This document shows, piece after piece, positions 19,137-30,239 of a stretch of 64,000 nt of DNA. The stretch lies in the NCBI GenBank assembly GCA_015488555.1, contig WFNO01000066.1, positions 1,842 to 65,841 of the forward strand, written 5' to 3'. Origin of the DNA: Gammaproteobacteria bacterium. Its GTDB lineage: Bacteria > Pseudomonadota > Gammaproteobacteria > SZUA-140. The notes beneath the pieces are model-generated. The model searched no databases. It saw only the letters and a list, made by a program, of their open reading frames with translations, and had not been told where the DNA came from. Made by a program: the position numbers and the translations under genes. Each line of letters opens with the position of its first letter. Positions within the stretch are counted from its first letter, which is position 1.

Positions 19137-19403
19137 ATGATGGAAATGGAACACGAAATGGGTGGTGGCATCTTCGACATGATGTGGATCTTCCCCATTT
19201 TGTTCTGGGTCCTCATCATCATCGGAGCCTTTTTCCTGGTCAAATGGCTGCGCCAGCCTCCCAGCAGTGAATTGTCCAGCAAATCGGCCGCCTCGCAGGC
19301 GGTAGAGAAAAGCGACGCCGCGGGCGAACCGCAAATACCGCCCCAGGGCGAGTTCAACGGCCCGCACAAGAGTAACGGCAGGAGCAGTGGAGAGGGACCG
19401 TGA
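19137..19403 (+). CDS. Small single-TM membrane protein with a Met/His-rich N-terminus (MMEMEHEMGGG)
   Basis: 88 aa with an SD GGGAG upstream and one hydrophobic helix WIFPILFWVLIIIGAFFLV. Its end overlaps the next gene's GTG start. Confidence 0.45.
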   Translation: MMEMEHEMGGGIFDMMWIFPILFWVLIIIGAFFLVKWLRQPPSSELSSKSAASQAVEKSDAAGEPQIPPQGEFNGPHKSNGRSSGEGP

Positions 19404-19768
19404 AAAAACGGGGTTGGTTCTACGGCGGCGTGGCCTTGATCCTGCTGGCCCTGACCGGGATCTTCACCCTGTCGGGCATGAACCGCCATCACGAAGGGAT
19501 GATGGGCGGCATGGGTGGGGAAGATCGTAACGACGCGCACTCCCTGGACCATCTACCGGCTGGTATGCGCCACGATCCTGCCGCCGACGTCTTCCAGGCC
19601 TCCTGTTCCGGCTGTCATGCGCCGCCGGATCCGCGCCGCTATTCGGCCGCGGAATGGCCCGCCGTGGTTGCCCGCATGCGCCAGCATATGGTGACGCAGG
19701 GCAGGCCCGTACCGCCCCCGGAGGTGCTGGGCACCGTGGTCGAGTTCCTCCAGCGACACGCCCGCTGA
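19400..19768 (+). CDS. Membrane-anchored monoheme c-type cytochrome-like protein with a Met/His-rich segment
   Basis: 122 aa from a GTG start. N-terminal TM helix, HHEGMMGGMGG region and a CSGCH (CxxCH) haem-binding motif. Confidence 0.5.
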   Translation: MKKRGWFYGGVALILLALTGIFTLSGMNRHHEGMMGGMGGEDRNDAHSLDHLPAGMRHDPAADVFQASCSGCHAPPDPRRYSAAEWPAVVARMRQHMVTQGRPVPPPEVLGTVVEFLQRHAR

Positions 19769-19784
19769 CCAAGTACACCGCCTC

Positions 19785-20450
19785 TCACGCTCCCTCGCCG
19801 TCGTTGCTGCCCGCCCTGCGCCAGCGGCGCAACAGGCGCGGCAGGAATGTCACCGCCGCCAGCAAGCCCAGGGCCAGCAAGGCCTTCCGGATGGCGCCTT
19901 CCCCCCCCGCCAGGGCCTCGCGCCCCGCATAGCCCGCATAGGTATAGGCGGCGGCCCCGGGCAACATGGCCAAGTAGCTGGCCAGCAGATAATGGGAGAA
20001 ACGGATGGGCGTAAGCCCCAGGGCATAATTGAGCAGGTTGTAGGGAAACAGGGGCACCAGGCGCACGAACACCACGAAACGCCAGCCCTCGGCCTCCACC
20101 CCCGCCATGAGGCGTTCGAGACGGCCACCGGTCCAGCGCGCCACCCAGTCTCCGGCCACATAGCGGGCGGCGAGGAAGGCTAGGGCCGCCCCCAGGGTGG
20201 CGCCGGTGAGGTTGAAGAACGTACCCCACACGGGACCGAAGAGGGCGCCGCCGGCCAGGGTCAGCACCGAGCCCGGCAGGAACAACACCGCCGCCAGGGC
20301 ATAGAGGGCCATAAAGACCAGGGGCGCCAGCCAACCGGCCCCTTGCAACCAGGCTTCGAGGGCGGTGACATCGAAACGGTCGCGGTAAGACCAAGCCAGG
20401 ACGATGGCCAACCCCAGTCCCAGCAGGGTCAACCAGCGCCTAGCGTCCAT
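19785..20450 (-). CDS. TVP38/TMEM64 (DedA-like) family membrane protein
   Basis: 221 aa, multi-TM, with a conserved G..L.G..FG core. Confidence 0.8.
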   Translation of the reverse strand: MDARRWLTLLGLGLAIVLAWSYRDRFDVTALEAWLQGAGWLAPLVFMALYALAAVLFLPGSVLTLAGGALFGPVWGTFFNLTGATLGAALAFLAARYVAGDWVARWTGGRLERLMAGVEAEGWRFVVFVRLVPLFPYNLLNYALGLTPIRFSHYLLASYLAMLPGAAAYTYAGYAGREALAGGEGAIRKALLALGLLAAVTFLPRLLRRWRRAGSNDGEGA

Positions 20451-21345
20451 CCCGCCCCTTCTCCTGCTCCACCACCCGTTGTGGCCCCCGCCCTTCGCCC
20501 GGCCCCGCCCAACTGCGGCGGTTGAGCGGATAGGTCCCCAGCTCGCGCCGGAACGGCAACCACAGCATGCCCGGCAGGCGCGCCACGATCCGGGGATCGC
20601 GGCAGGTATGGATGCCGATGGTCATGCCCTGGTGCCCGCCGCGGGGCTGGTCCCGATAGGTACCGAACAAGCGATCCCACCAAGGCAGATTGAAACCGAA
20701 ATTACTGTTGGCTTCGTCGTCGGCCACGGAATGATGCACCCGGTGCATGTCCGGGGTGACCACCACCCAGCGCAGCCAGTGGTCCAGGCGCGGCGGCAGG
20801 CGCAGATTACCATGATTGAACATGGCCGTGGCATTGAGCAACACCTCGAAGATCACCACCGCCACCAGGGGCGGCCCCAGCAGCAGGATGGCGGCGAACT
20901 TGATGAGCATGGACAGCAGGATCTCGATGGGATGGAAACGCGCCCCAGTGGTGACGTCGAAGTCCAGGTCCGCGTGATGAACACGATGCAGGCGCCACAA
21001 CAGGGGCACGGCATGGAACAGGACGTGCTGGAGATAGATCACCAGATCCAGCAACACTACGCTCACGACTATAGCCAGTCCCGCCGGGGCCTCCACCACG
21101 TTGAACCAGCCCCATTGCTGCGCCGCCGCCCAGGCCGCCACCCCCACGGCGGCGGCCGGAAACAGCAGGCGCAGGAGCAATACGTTGAGGGCCGTCAGGC
21201 CCAGGTTGTGCACCCACCTGCGCAAGCGCGACAACTGCAACGGCCGGCGCGGCGCCAGCCGCTCCCCCCCGGCCACGGCGGCGAATACCAGCAGGAAGGC
21301 CGCCAGGCGGATAATGGGTTCATAGGCCAAAACGAATGTGCTCAT
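20440..21345 (-). CDS. Sterol desaturase / fatty-acid hydroxylase superfamily membrane protein
   Basis: 301 aa with histidine boxes HRVHHAD and HRVHH plus TM helices. Confidence 0.8.
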   Translation of the reverse strand: MSTFVLAYEPIIRLAAFLLVFAAVAGGERLAPRRPLQLSRLRRWVHNLGLTALNVLLLRLLFPAAAVGVAAWAAAQQWGWFNVVEAPAGLAIVVSVVLLDLVIYLQHVLFHAVPLLWRLHRVHHADLDFDVTTGARFHPIEILLSMLIKFAAILLLGPPLVAVVIFEVLLNATAMFNHGNLRLPPRLDHWLRWVVVTPDMHRVHHSVADDEANSNFGFNLPWWDRLFGTYRDQPRGGHQGMTIGIHTCRDPRIVARLPGMLWLPFRRELGTYPLNRRSWAGPGEGRGPQRVVEQEKGRDGR

Positions 21346-21626
21346 GAGCGATGAGTCGGGTACGGGCCTTGCATCTTACTCCTATCTTACTCCGGGAAGG
21401 ATCGCCCGCAGAAGGGCGCCCTTGACAGGCGCCCCCAAGAGGTCTAAACAGGAGGGACGGAGACTCCCATCATGAATCTGAATCCAGCCTGGCGCCCGCG
21501 CAGTACGGGGCGGCAGGGGTCAAGCAGTCCGCGCCCGCCCGGCACTCCTTTCCCGGGCACGGCTTCCCTGAAACCGCGGGCTGCATCCAACAACCCGCGT
21601 TCCTCGCCCCGACCGGAGTAGGCGCC

Positions 21627-24452
21627 ATGTCCGAGGCCACGCGCCTGAGTCCCGAAATCCACCTGGGTCGAATTCTCGACCTGGCCTTCGACGAAATCTA
21701 CGTCTTCGATGCCCACACCCTGCGCTTCATCGACGCCTCGCGCGGGGCCCTGGACAACCTGGGTTACACCCTGGCGGAACTCACCCGGCTCACCCCTTTC
21801 GACATCAAGCCGGACATGACCCCGCAGTGGTGGCAGGAACTGGTACAGCCCTTGTGGAACAGCACGCGCAAACTGGCCGTGTTCCAAACCCGCCACCAGC
21901 GCAAGGACGGCAGCTGCTATCCGGTGGAATTGCGCCTGCAACTGCTGCAGGAATCAACGCCGCCGGTGTTCATCGCCATCGTCCACGACATCACCGAACG
22001 CCAGCGCAACGAAGACGCCCTGCGGGCCTCGGAGCGGCGCTACCGGGATCTCATGGAACAGTCGCCCTTCGGCATCCAGATCCACGCCCCGGACGGCCGC
22101 ATCCTCATGGTCAACTCCGCCTGGGAACGGATCACCGGCGCCCGCCTGGAAGATATGCGCGACTACAACATCCTGCAGGACCGCCAACTGGCCGAGCTGG
22201 GCATCCTGCCCTATGTGGAGCGGGCCTTCCAGGGCGAGGCCGTGGTCACCCCGCCGGTGCGATACGACACCCGCAAGACGCCGGAGGTGCCGGTGGACAG
22301 CGGCACCATCTACACCCGCACCCATCTCTATCCCATCAAGGACGAGGCGGGCAGGGTGCAGGAAGTCATTCTCATGCACGAGGACGTCAGCGATCAGATG
22401 GCCGCACAGCAGGCCCTGGCGGAGTCTCAGCGCATGCTGCGGCTGGTGCTGGACACCATTCCCGTGCGCGTGTTCTGGAAGAACCGCCAGTCGCGCTATC
22501 TGGGCTGCAACCGCCTGTTCGCCGCCGACGCCGGTCTCGACCATCCCGACGAAATCATTGGCAAGGACGATCACCAGCTCAACTGGCAGGAACAGGCGGA
22601 ACGCTTTCAGGCCGACGACCGCGCAGTGATAACCAGTGGCGAGGCCCGCCTCAACTACGAGGAAGCCCAGAGTTGGCCCGACGGTACCACCCGTATCCTG
22701 CGCACCAGCAAGATCCCCCTGCGTAACGAACGAGACGAGGTCTTCGGCGTGCTGGGTTGCTACGAGGACATCACCGAACGCAAGGCCGCCGAAGCGGCCT
22801 TGCGCGCCAGCGAACAACGCTTCCATACCCTCGCCAAAATCTCACCGGTGGGGATCTTCCGCACCGATGCCGAGGGCGGCTGCATCTACGTCAACGAGCG
22901 CTGGTGCGCCATGGCCGGCATGAAGGCCCAAGAGGCGGTGGGCAACAGCTGGGTCCGGGCCTTGCACCCCGAAGACCGGGAACGGGTCCTTCGTGAATGG
23001 CAAGAGGCTGCCGCCCGGCGCTCCTTCCACACCGAATGCCGCTTCCAGCGGCCCGATGGCACCGTCACCTGGCTCCTGGCCCAGGCGGACGCGGAATGCG
23101 ACAGCGAGGGCCGGGTGATGGGCTATGTGGGCACCATCACCGACATCACCGAACGCAAGCGCGTGGAAGAGGCCATCCAGCACATCGCCAGCGGCGTCTC
23201 CGCCCAGACCGGCGAGGCCTTCTTCCATTCCCTGGTCATCCATCTGGGCAAGCTCTTCCAGGCGGACCATGCCTTCGTGGGCCTCTACCAGGAACCGCAC
23301 CAGGTGCGCACCATCGCCGTCTGCACCCGCGGCCGCATCGCCGGCAATTTCGTCTATCCGTTAGAGGGTACCCCTTGTGCCCAACTACTGAATCGAGAGA
23401 CCTGCTACTATCCCCACGGCGTACGCCAGTTGTTCCCACGTGATCGCCTGCTACAGGAGCTGGCCATCGAGAGCTATCTGGGCACGCCCGTCATGGATCG
23501 TGCAGGGCGCCCCCTGGGGTTGATTGTCATTCTCAACTCTCGTGCCCAAGAAGACACTGCCTGGATCCATCCTATCCTAGAGATCTTCACTGCCCGCACC
23601 GCTGCCGAGCTGGAACGCCTGCAGGCCCTGGCTGAATTGGAACGCCATCGGGATTCCCTGGAAGACAGGGTACGAGAGCGCACCGAAGAGGTACGCCAAC
23701 AGGCCCGTATCATCGAGCAGGAACGCAGCGCGCTCGCCCACGCCAACCGGGAACTGGAATCCTTCGCCTACTCCGTCTCCCATGACCTGCGCGCGCCCCT
23801 GCGGGCCATCAATGGTTTTGCCCAGGCCCTGGAAGAAGATTACGGGCACCATCTGAACACTGAGGGACGCGACTACCTGCGCCGCATCCGCCGCGCCTCG
23901 GAACGCATGGGCCAGTTGATCGACGACCTGTTGATGCTCTCGCGGGTCTCGCGCCATCAGCTACGGCGGCAGCGCGTGGATCTGAGCGCCCTGGCACAGG
24001 AGGTGGCCGCCGAACTCCGGCAACTGGAGCCCCACCGTCGGGTGGCGCTGGAATTGGAATCCCATCTGACGGCCACCGGCGATCCCCTGCTCCTGCGCAT
24101 CGTGCTGGAGAACCTGCTCGGCAATGCCTGGAAATACACCCGCAAACAGCCGCACCCCCGGGTGCGCTTCGGCAGCTGCACTACCCCACAAGGCGAAACG
24201 GCCTTCTACGTACAGGACAATGGCGCTGGCTTCGACATGCGTTATGCCGACAAGCTCTTCGTCGCCTTTCAGCGCCTGCATCACCTGCACGAATACGAAG
24301 GCACCGGTATCGGCCTGGCCACGGTGGCTCGCATCGTCCAACGGCATGGCGGACGGGTATGGGCCGAGGGTGTCTGTGACCGGGGTGCCACCTTCTATTT
24401 TACCTTGAACGCCCACGACGGGGATGGCGAACATCCCGAGGAGCCACCATGA
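21627..24452 (+). CDS. Multi-PAS/PAC and GAF sensor histidine kinase
   Basis: 941 aa with repeated PAS/PAC modules (ITERK repeats), a GAF-like region, the HisKA box SHDLRAPL and HATPase motifs (DNGAGF, GTGIGLA). Confidence 0.9.
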   Translation: MSEATRLSPEIHLGRILDLAFDEIYVFDAHTLRFIDASRGALDNLGYTLAELTRLTPFDIKPDMTPQWWQELVQPLWNSTRKLAVFQTRHQRKDGSCYPVELRLQLLQESTPPVFIAIVHDITERQRNEDALRASERRYRDLMEQSPFGIQIHAPDGRILMVNSAWERITGARLEDMRDYNILQDRQLAELGILPYVERAFQGEAVVTPPVRYDTRKTPEVPVDSGTIYTRTHLYPIKDEAGRVQEVILMHEDVSDQMAAQQALAESQRMLRLVLDTIPVRVFWKNRQSRYLGCNRLFAADAGLDHPDEIIGKDDHQLNWQEQAERFQADDRAVITSGEARLNYEEAQSWPDGTTRILRTSKIPLRNERDEVFGVLGCYEDITERKAAEAALRASEQRFHTLAKISPVGIFRTDAEGGCIYVNERWCAMAGMKAQEAVGNSWVRALHPEDRERVLREWQEAAARRSFHTECRFQRPDGTVTWLLAQADAECDSEGRVMGYVGTITDITERKRVEEAIQHIASGVSAQTGEAFFHSLVIHLGKLFQADHAFVGLYQEPHQVRTIAVCTRGRIAGNFVYPLEGTPCAQLLNRETCYYPHGVRQLFPRDRLLQELAIESYLGTPVMDRAGRPLGLIVILNSRAQEDTAWIHPILEIFTARTAAELERLQALAELERHRDSLEDRVRERTEEVRQQARIIEQERSALAHANRELESFAYSVSHDLRAPLRAINGFAQALEEDYGHHLNTEGRDYLRRIRRASERMGQLIDDLLMLSRVSRHQLRRQRVDLSALAQEVAAELRQLEPHRRVALELESHLTATGDPLLLRIVLENLLGNAWKYTRKQPHPRVRFGSCTTPQGETAFYVQDNGAGFDMRYADKLFVAFQRLHHLHEYEGTGIGLATVARIVQRHGGRVWAEGVCDRGATFYFTLNAHDGDGEHPEEPP

Positions 24453-24880
24453 AGAACAAGATCATCTTGCTGGTAGAGGACAATCCGGACGACGAGGCAC
24501 TCACCCTGCGGGCCCTGAAAAAAAACAACATCGCCAACGAGGTGGTGGTGACCCGGGATGGCGTGGAAGCCCTGGAATATCTCTTCGGCGAGGGACGCTT
24601 CAGCGGCCGCGACCCCGCCCACCGGCCGGAAGTGATCCTGCTGGACCTCAAACTGCCCAAACTGGATGGCCTGGAAGTACTCAGACGCATGCGCGCAGAC
24701 GAGCATACCCGCCGCATTCCCGTGGTCATTCTCACCACTTCCTCCGAGGAGCAGGACATCGCCGCCAGTTATGATTTAGGAGCCAACAGCTATATCCGCA
24801 AGCCGGTGGACTTCCAGCAGTTCCTGGAGGCCGTGCGCCAGCTGGGATTGTACTGGTTGCTGCTCAACGAAACGGTCTGA
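24449..24880 (+). CDS. Single-domain response regulator (CheY-like receiver)
   Basis: 143 aa, [10 protein letters not shown]...[12 protein letters not shown]...K. The start overlaps the kinase stop (ATGA). Confidence 0.9.
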   Translation: MKNKIILLVEDNPDDEALTLRALKKNNIANEVVVTRDGVEALEYLFGEGRFSGRDPAHRPEVILLDLKLPKLDGLEVLRRMRADEHTRRIPVVILTTSSEEQDIAASYDLGANSYIRKPVDFQQFLEAVRQLGLYWLLLNETV

Positions 24881-25066
24881 TTCGGCCGCCGGCCCTCCTC
24901 GGTCTCCCGCGGCGATTTTTCCTGCAATAAAGGCGGGTTTCTGCTGCGTGGATGAAACATCGATCTGCTGCTCGTTGCGCCGCAGCACATCAAGTTTCGT
25001 GAAGGCGAACCCGATAACCCCCGCAGGAGCACCGTCGACAAACGCTCAAGAACGAGAACAACCGTC

Positions 25067-26884
25067 ATGAAACCTATAAAGTTCAGAAAACTGACCCTGC
25101 GCCAGATAACCCGCATCGGCCTGCTCGTGACCCTGAGCGTCGCCACACTGGTGGCCGTGCTGGTCTATGCCCGAACCATGATGCTGAGCGATCGCTTGTT
25201 GCATACCGTGGAACAGGCACAGGTTGCCGTCGCGCTCAGCAACAGCATTCATCACGACCTGGAAGAATCCGGTGCCTATTTAATCGAACATGTCCTGAGC
25301 GGCACGCCGGAAAGCCGTACGGAACTCCTGCATCATCTGGGGCTTATGGAGGAGAAATTAAAATTCCTGAACAGCCAGCGCCTGCCGGAGGAACTGGTCA
25401 CGCTGACCGAGCGTTTGAGCCGCGGCATCCTGGAAATCAAGGAGCTGTTACAGGAGCTGCACCCTGCTGGCGAGTCCGCCGTCCCATCCTTCAACCAAGA
25501 TTTCGTCCGCGAGCGGGTGCGCCCCCTGCTAATGGAACTCAATAACACCAATAACGAACTGGACCGGGCCGTATGGGACGTCAAGGAGATCCTGTTCGCT
25601 GAAATCATGGCCACGGCCCGCCGCGACGCCCTGTGGCTGGTCTTCATGATCCTGGGGGGAGCTTTGAGCGTGGTCTTGTTCAACGCTTGGCTCAATCGCC
25701 ATATCCTGCGGCGAATCCGAGAGGTGATCGCCGCTATGCAGGGCATCGCCTCGGGCACCGGGCAACTCTCCTATCGTCTCGACGCCAATGGACACGACGA
25801 GATGGCCGAACTGGCTCGGGGATTCAATCGCTTCGCCGACAAGATCCAACATGTCATCCATCTGGTGATGGAATCCTCCTCGGTGCTGGCCAAGGAAGCG
25901 GCAGTCATGTCGGAGACCAGCCGCAAGACCAAGGAGGGCGCAGAACGCCAAAAGGGAGAGATCGAAGACATCGCTTCGGCGGTAAGCGACATGACCCAGT
26001 CCGTAGAGACGGTAGCACAAAGCGCGGCCGCAGCCGCCGATGCCACCGAGCACGCCAGCGGTGGGGCGGGCAACGGGCGGGAGACGGTGGAACACACCAT
26101 CGCTGCCATCGAATCTCTGTCCGACGACATCCATCTCGCGGCCGATTCCATTCAGCACTTGGTGCGGGAGAGCAAGAACATCGACAGCGTCCTGGTGGTG
26201 ATCAACGAAATCGCCGATCAGACCAACCTGCTGGCCCTGAACGCTGCCATCGAAGCAGCCCGGGCTGGTGAACAGGGACGGGGCTTCGCGGTAGTGGCGG
26301 ACGAGGTCCGTAGCCTGGCCATCCGCACCCAGGAAGGGACCCAGGATATCAAGCAGAAAATAGATCAATTCCGTAGTTGTGCCGTGGAAGTGGCTCGGCT
26401 CATGAACCAGGGCCGGGACAAGGCCCAGGAAGTAGTGCAGCAAGCCGCCCTGGCAGGCGAGGCCCTGCGCGCCATCCACGATTCGGTGGCCACCATCACC
26501 GAGATGACCCGCAACATCGCCCGTGCCACCGACCAGCAATCCTCCGTGGTGGGCGAAATCCGGCAAAACATCGTTTCCATCAGCCGCATCGCCAGCGAGA
26601 CCTCCGAGAAGGCGGTGCAGACCTCGGCCTCCAACCACGAATTGAGTCTCATGGCCATGCAACTGCGCACCCTGGTGGAGCAGTTCCTGCTAGAAAACGG
26701 CCCGGGGCCAGCGGATCCGGCCACGGGCACACACGGACTGGAAGCAAAAGGGGATAAAACAACGGACGGCGGCATAGCGGCAGGCGGAGACGGCTCGCAA
26801 CCGCCAGCTCCCAAGGCGCCGGGCCTAACGGGCGCTGGCCCCGCACCCGCCGGGGGGGCGGGCGGAGAAGTCACCCTGTTCTGA
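25067..26884 (+). CDS. Methyl-accepting chemotaxis protein. Two TM helices flank a periplasmic sensor region of about 170 aa; HAMP and MCP signalling domains follow.
   Basis: 605 aa with the conserved signalling-domain core ...[32 protein letters not shown]. Confidence 0.9.
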   Translation: MKPIKFRKLTLRQITRIGLLVTLSVATLVAVLVYARTMMLSDRLLHTVEQAQVAVALSNSIHHDLEESGAYLIEHVLSGTPESRTELLHHLGLMEEKLKFLNSQRLPEELVTLTERLSRGILEIKELLQELHPAGESAVPSFNQDFVRERVRPLLMELNNTNNELDRAVWDVKEILFAEIMATARRDALWLVFMILGGALSVVLFNAWLNRHILRRIREVIAAMQGIASGTGQLSYRLDANGHDEMAELARGFNRFADKIQHVIHLVMESSSVLAKEAAVMSETSRKTKEGAERQKGEIEDIASAVSDMTQSVETVAQSAAAAADATEHASGGAGNGRETVEHTIAAIESLSDDIHLAADSIQHLVRESKNIDSVLVVINEIADQTNLLALNAAIEAARAGEQGRGFAVVADEVRSLAIRTQEGTQDIKQKIDQFRSCAVEVARLMNQGRDKAQEVVQQAALAGEALRAIHDSVATITEMTRNIARATDQQSSVVGEIRQNIVSISRIASETSEKAVQTSASNHELSLMAMQLRTLVEQFLLENGPGPADPATGTHGLEAKGDKTTDGGIAAGGDGSQPPAPKAPGLTGAGPAPAGGAGGEVTLF

Positions 26885-27028
26885 GACGACCTGCGGGCCC
26901 TCTAGCAGGCTCTACTCACGCGGCGCGATCCGGTGTTGAAAATAGCCTCGAAATGCTCATTTACTAGTTTAAAACTGCGCTTTCTCGGCTATTTTCGTCT
27001 TGTCTCGCGCTCGCCCGATGAGCGCACT

Positions 27029-27349
27029 TCAACTGCCTGCTAGGGCGAGATACACCACGCCCTCTTCCACGCGCACCGGATAAGTGCGGACGCAACCCAC
27101 GTCCGGCGCCACCGCCTGGCCGCTCTCCAATTCCAGTACCCAGTTGTGCAGAGGGCAGGTCACGCGCCGGTCGTGCACCAGTCCCTGTGACAAGGGCCCG
27201 CCCTTGTGGGGACAGCGGTCTTGCAAGGCAAAAACCTCGTCACAGGCGGTGCGGAACACCGCGATGTCACCGGCCGCCGTACGCACTACCCGCGAGCCCT
27301 GGCGGGGAATGTCGTCCAGCCGCCCGATTTCCTTCCATGCCTCGCTCAT
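27029..27349 (-). CDS. nirD: Nitrite reductase small subunit (Rieske-type) NirD
   Basis: Internal Met gives 106 aa (MSEAWKEIGRL...CPHKGGPLSQG...CPLH) with an SD GGAG. It lies downstream of nirB. Confidence 0.85.
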   Translation of the reverse strand: MSEAWKEIGRLDDIPRQGSRVVRTAAGDIAVFRTACDEVFALQDRCPHKGGPLSQGLVHDRRVTCPLHNWVLELESGQAVAPDVGCVRTYPVRVEEGVVYLALAGS

Positions 27350-27390
27350 CACCGCTCCTTCGGCCTGCATCTCTCCACACCCGTCCATCG

Positions 27391-29829
27391 TCAACTCACC
27401 AGCTTCAGGGGAATGTACTCGCGCCGGCGCTGTGCATCCCGCACCTGCTCGGCCCAGGGATCCACCTGGGCGTGGCGCTGGGACTCCAGGAAGCGGGCAT
27501 GCAGGGCCCGCCGCCCCTCCGGATCCTCCACGATGCGCTGCTTGACATAACCCAACCCCACGCGCTCGATCCAGTGGGCGGTGCGCTCCAGGTAATGGGC
27601 CTCCTCGCGATAGAGCTGCAGGAAGGCGCCGCAGTATTCCTTCACCTCCTCCGCTGTATTCACCTTGCACAGCAGGTCGGTGGCCCGCACCTTGACGCCG
27701 CCGTTGCCACCCACGTGCAACTCCCAGCCGGACTCCACCGCCACCACGCCGAAGTCCTTGATGGTGGCCTCGGCACAATTGCGCGGGCAGCCGGACACTG
27801 CCATCTTGACCTTGTGCGGTGTCCACGATCCCCAGCACATCTTCTCCAGTTCGATGCCCATGGTTGTAGAGTCCTGGGTGCCGAAGCGGCACCATTCCGA
27901 TCCCACGCAGGTCTTCACCGTACGCAGGGCCTTGCCGTAGGCGTGGCCGGAAACGAAACCCGCCTCGTTGAGCGCGCGCCAGATGGCAGGCAGGTCCTCC
28001 TTCTTCACTCCCAGCAAATCGATGCGCTGGCCGCCCGTGATCTTCAGCGTGGGCACCTGGAAGCGCTCGGCCACATCGGCGATGGCACGCAACTCAGCAG
28101 GCGTGGTCACTCCGCCCCAGATGCGCGGCACCACGGAATAGGTCCCGTCCTTCTGGATGTTGGCGTGGACCCGCTCGTTGATGAAACGAGATTGCGGGTC
28201 GTCCACCACCTCGCCAGGCCAGGTGGAGAGCAGGTAATAGTTGAGCGCCGGCCGACACACGTGGCAGCCGTCGGGCGAACGCCACTCCATGTAGTCCATG
28301 ACCGCGTGGATGCTGGTGAGATGCTGCTGGCGGATCACCCGGCGCACCTCGTCGTGGGTGTGATCGGTACACTTGCACAGAGGCTTCTCGGCGGGGGTCT
28401 GGGAATAGTCGTTGCCCAGGGTATCCATGAGAATCTGCTCCACCAGCCCGGTGCAGGAACCGCAGGAAGAAGAGGCCTTGGTGTGAGCCCGCACGTCGTC
28501 CAGGGTGAACAGTCCCTTGTCGGTGATGGCCCGGACGATGTCCCCCTTGCAGACCCCGTTGCAGCCGCATACTTCCATGTCGTCGCTCAGGGCGCTGGCG
28601 GCGTTCTGTCCGCCATGACCGGAATCCCCGAGATGGGCCTGGCCGAACAGCAAGTGGTCACGAATGTCGGCGATATTGGTGCCGTCGCGCATGAGCTGGA
28701 AATACCAGCTGCCGTCCATGGTGTCGCCGTAGAGCACGGCCCCACGAATGCGGTCGTCCTTGAGCACCAGCTTCTTGTAGATGCCCTGGCTGTCGTCGCG
28801 CAGGACAATCTCCTCGCTGTCGGCATCGCCATGGAAATCGCCGGCGGAGAACAGGTCGATGCCCGTGACCTTGAGCTTGGTGGAGGTCACCGTCCCCTCG
28901 TAGCGGGCATAACCCAGGCGGGCCAGGTGGTTGGCGCACACCCGCGCCATCTCGAACAACGGCGCCACCAAGCCATAGGTTCGGCCGCGGTGCTGCACGC
29001 ACTCACCCACGGCATAGATCCTGGGATCGAAGGTCTGCAGGGTATCGTTGACCACCACGCCACGCTCGCAATAGAGACCGGCGGCACGGGCCAGCTCGAT
29101 GTTGGGCCGGATGCCCACCGCCATCACCACGAGGTCCGCGGGAATCTCGGTGCCGTCCTTGAAGCGCACCGCGCGCACCTCTTCCTCCCCCAAAATGGCC
29201 TCAGTCTCGGTTTCCATGAGAAAAGTGAGTCCCTTCTCCTCCAGGGCCCGCTTGAGCAGGGCACCTGCGGGTTTGTCCAGCTGGCGCTCCATGAGGGTGT
29301 CCATAAGGTGTACTACGGTCACCGTCATGCCGCGTTCCTTGAGACCGTTGGCGGCTTCCAACCCCAACAGTCCGCCGCCGATCACCACCGCATGCCTGCC
29401 ACACCGGCTGGCCTCCAGCATGGCGTTGACGTCGTGGATGTCGCGGAAGGTGATCACGCCCTCCAGGTCTCTACCCGGCACCGGCAGAATCATGGGATTG
29501 GAACCGGTGGCCAAGAGCAGACGGTCGTACGGTGCCTCGGTACCATCCTCGGCCACCACCCGGCGCCGGCGGCGGTCGATGGCCACCACCTTCTTGCCCG
29601 CGTGCAGCGTGATCCCGCGGGATGCGTACCAATCTAAGTCGTTGAGCATGATGTCGTCCAGGGTCTTCTCGCCCGCGAGCACCGGTGAGAGCAAGATGCG
29701 GTTGTAGTTGCCGAAGGGCTCGGCACCGAAGACAGTGATGTCATACAGATCCGGCGCCAGCTTGAGCAACTCCTCCAAGGTGCGCACACCCGCCATCCCG
29801 TTACCGATCATGACCAGCCTTTCTTTCAT
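27391..29829 (-). CDS. nirB: NAD(P)H-dependent assimilatory nitrite reductase large subunit NirB
   Basis: About 812 aa from ATG MKERLVMIGNGMAG. The ORF track began 4 codons earlier at a GTG. Contains FAD/NAD, BFD-like Fe-S and sirohaem domains. Confidence 0.9.
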   Translation of the reverse strand: MKERLVMIGNGMAGVRTLEELLKLAPDLYDITVFGAEPFGNYNRILLSPVLAGEKTLDDIMLNDLDWYASRGITLHAGKKVVAIDRRRRRVVAEDGTEAPYDRLLLATGSNPMILPVPGRDLEGVITFRDIHDVNAMLEASRCGRHAVVIGGGLLGLEAANGLKERGMTVTVVHLMDTLMERQLDKPAGALLKRALEEKGLTFLMETETEAILGEEEVRAVRFKDGTEIPADLVVMAVGIRPNIELARAAGLYCERGVVVNDTLQTFDPRIYAVGECVQHRGRTYGLVAPLFEMARVCANHLARLGYARYEGTVTSTKLKVTGIDLFSAGDFHGDADSEEIVLRDDSQGIYKKLVLKDDRIRGAVLYGDTMDGSWYFQLMRDGTNIADIRDHLLFGQAHLGDSGHGGQNAASALSDDMEVCGCNGVCKGDIVRAITDKGLFTLDDVRAHTKASSSCGSCTGLVEQILMDTLGNDYSQTPAEKPLCKCTDHTHDEVRRVIRQQHLTSIHAVMDYMEWRSPDGCHVCRPALNYYLLSTWPGEVVDDPQSRFINERVHANIQKDGTYSVVPRIWGGVTTPAELRAIADVAERFQVPTLKITGGQRIDLLGVKKEDLPAIWRALNEAGFVSGHAYGKALRTVKTCVGSEWCRFGTQDSTTMGIELEKMCWGSWTPHKVKMAVSGCPRNCAEATIKDFGVVAVESGWELHVGGNGGVKVRATDLLCKVNTAEEVKEYCGAFLQLYREEAHYLERTAHWIERVGLGYVKQRIVEDPEGRRALHARFLESQRHAQVDPWAEQVRDAQRRREYIPLKLVS

Positions 29830-29877
29830 GAATGCTTCCACTCCGCAGCTTTCGTTGTTCCACTGTCTCCAGAGTTA

Positions 29878-29893
29878 TGCAATGATCGTGCCG
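29878..29893 (-). promoter_or_regulatory. Candidate sigma54 (-24/-12) promoter for nirBD
   Basis: Minus strand reads CGGCAC-GATCA-TTGCA with exact GG-N10-GC spacing, about 38 nt upstream of the nirB ATG. An IHF-like site ATCAAaaaaTTA lies just upstream at about 29893-29908. Confidence 0.5.
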
Positions 29894-29904
29894 ATCAAAA
29901 AATT

Positions 29905-29924
29905 AAACAAATATCTATTTGTTT
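29905..29924. promoter_or_regulatory. 20-bp palindrome AAACAAATA-TC-TATTTGTTT upstream of the nirB promoter. Candidate operator or bending site.
   Basis: Perfect 9-bp arms. It overlaps the IHF-like AT-rich tract in the nirB/narK divergent region. Confidence 0.4.
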
Positions 29925-30223
29925 AGCATGAACTTTCTCAATTCTCTCGGAGACACCCCGCGCTTCGCCCCCGCCAAGCTGCATCAGATTGGTGCGCCTT
30001 GGCGCCCTGCCATGAGCTGCTTTGACTGGATGAGATCAATCCCACTCGCTTCGCCCCTGAATTCGAGCCGGCCGCCGTACGATTCTTGCAGAAACCATAC
30101 TCCCGCCTCGAGACTCGGTGGGAGTATCACTACATCTCTGCCAGCATCCCACACTGCGCACTCCTGGTGCACCCTGACAACGCGAAATCTAAAAAACCCC
30201 TGCACATCAATATCTTAATAACT

Positions 30224-30239
30224 TGGCCTAATTATTGCA
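30224..30239 (+). promoter_or_regulatory. Candidate sigma54 (-24/-12) promoter for the narK-type transporter gene
   Basis: TGGCC-TAATTA-TTGCA with GG-N10-GC spacing, about 60 nt upstream of the GTG start. Confidence 0.5.

Noticed and set aside
21414-21434. GC hairpin GGGCGCC-cttgaca-GGCGCCC between the desaturase and the kinase genes
   Set aside because: No U-run on either strand and it lies upstream of both divergent genes, so it is not a terminator. Possibly a structural or repeat element, but only a single copy is seen.
21460-21626. 49-codon upstream ORF (MNLNPAWRPRS...) preceded by AGGAGG before the histidine kinase
   Set aside because: The SD-like sequence is about 16 nt from the ATG, which is too far. 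The peptide is Pro/Arg-rich low-complexity typical of GC-rich non-coding DNA.
29883-29897. Inverted repeat TGATC-N5-GATCA upstream of nirB, initially read as an FNR/CRP-family box
   Set aside because: The spacing does not fit TTGAT-N4-ATCAA. On the minus strand the same bases form a textbook sigma54 -24/-12 element (GGCAC-N5-TTGCA), which explains it better.
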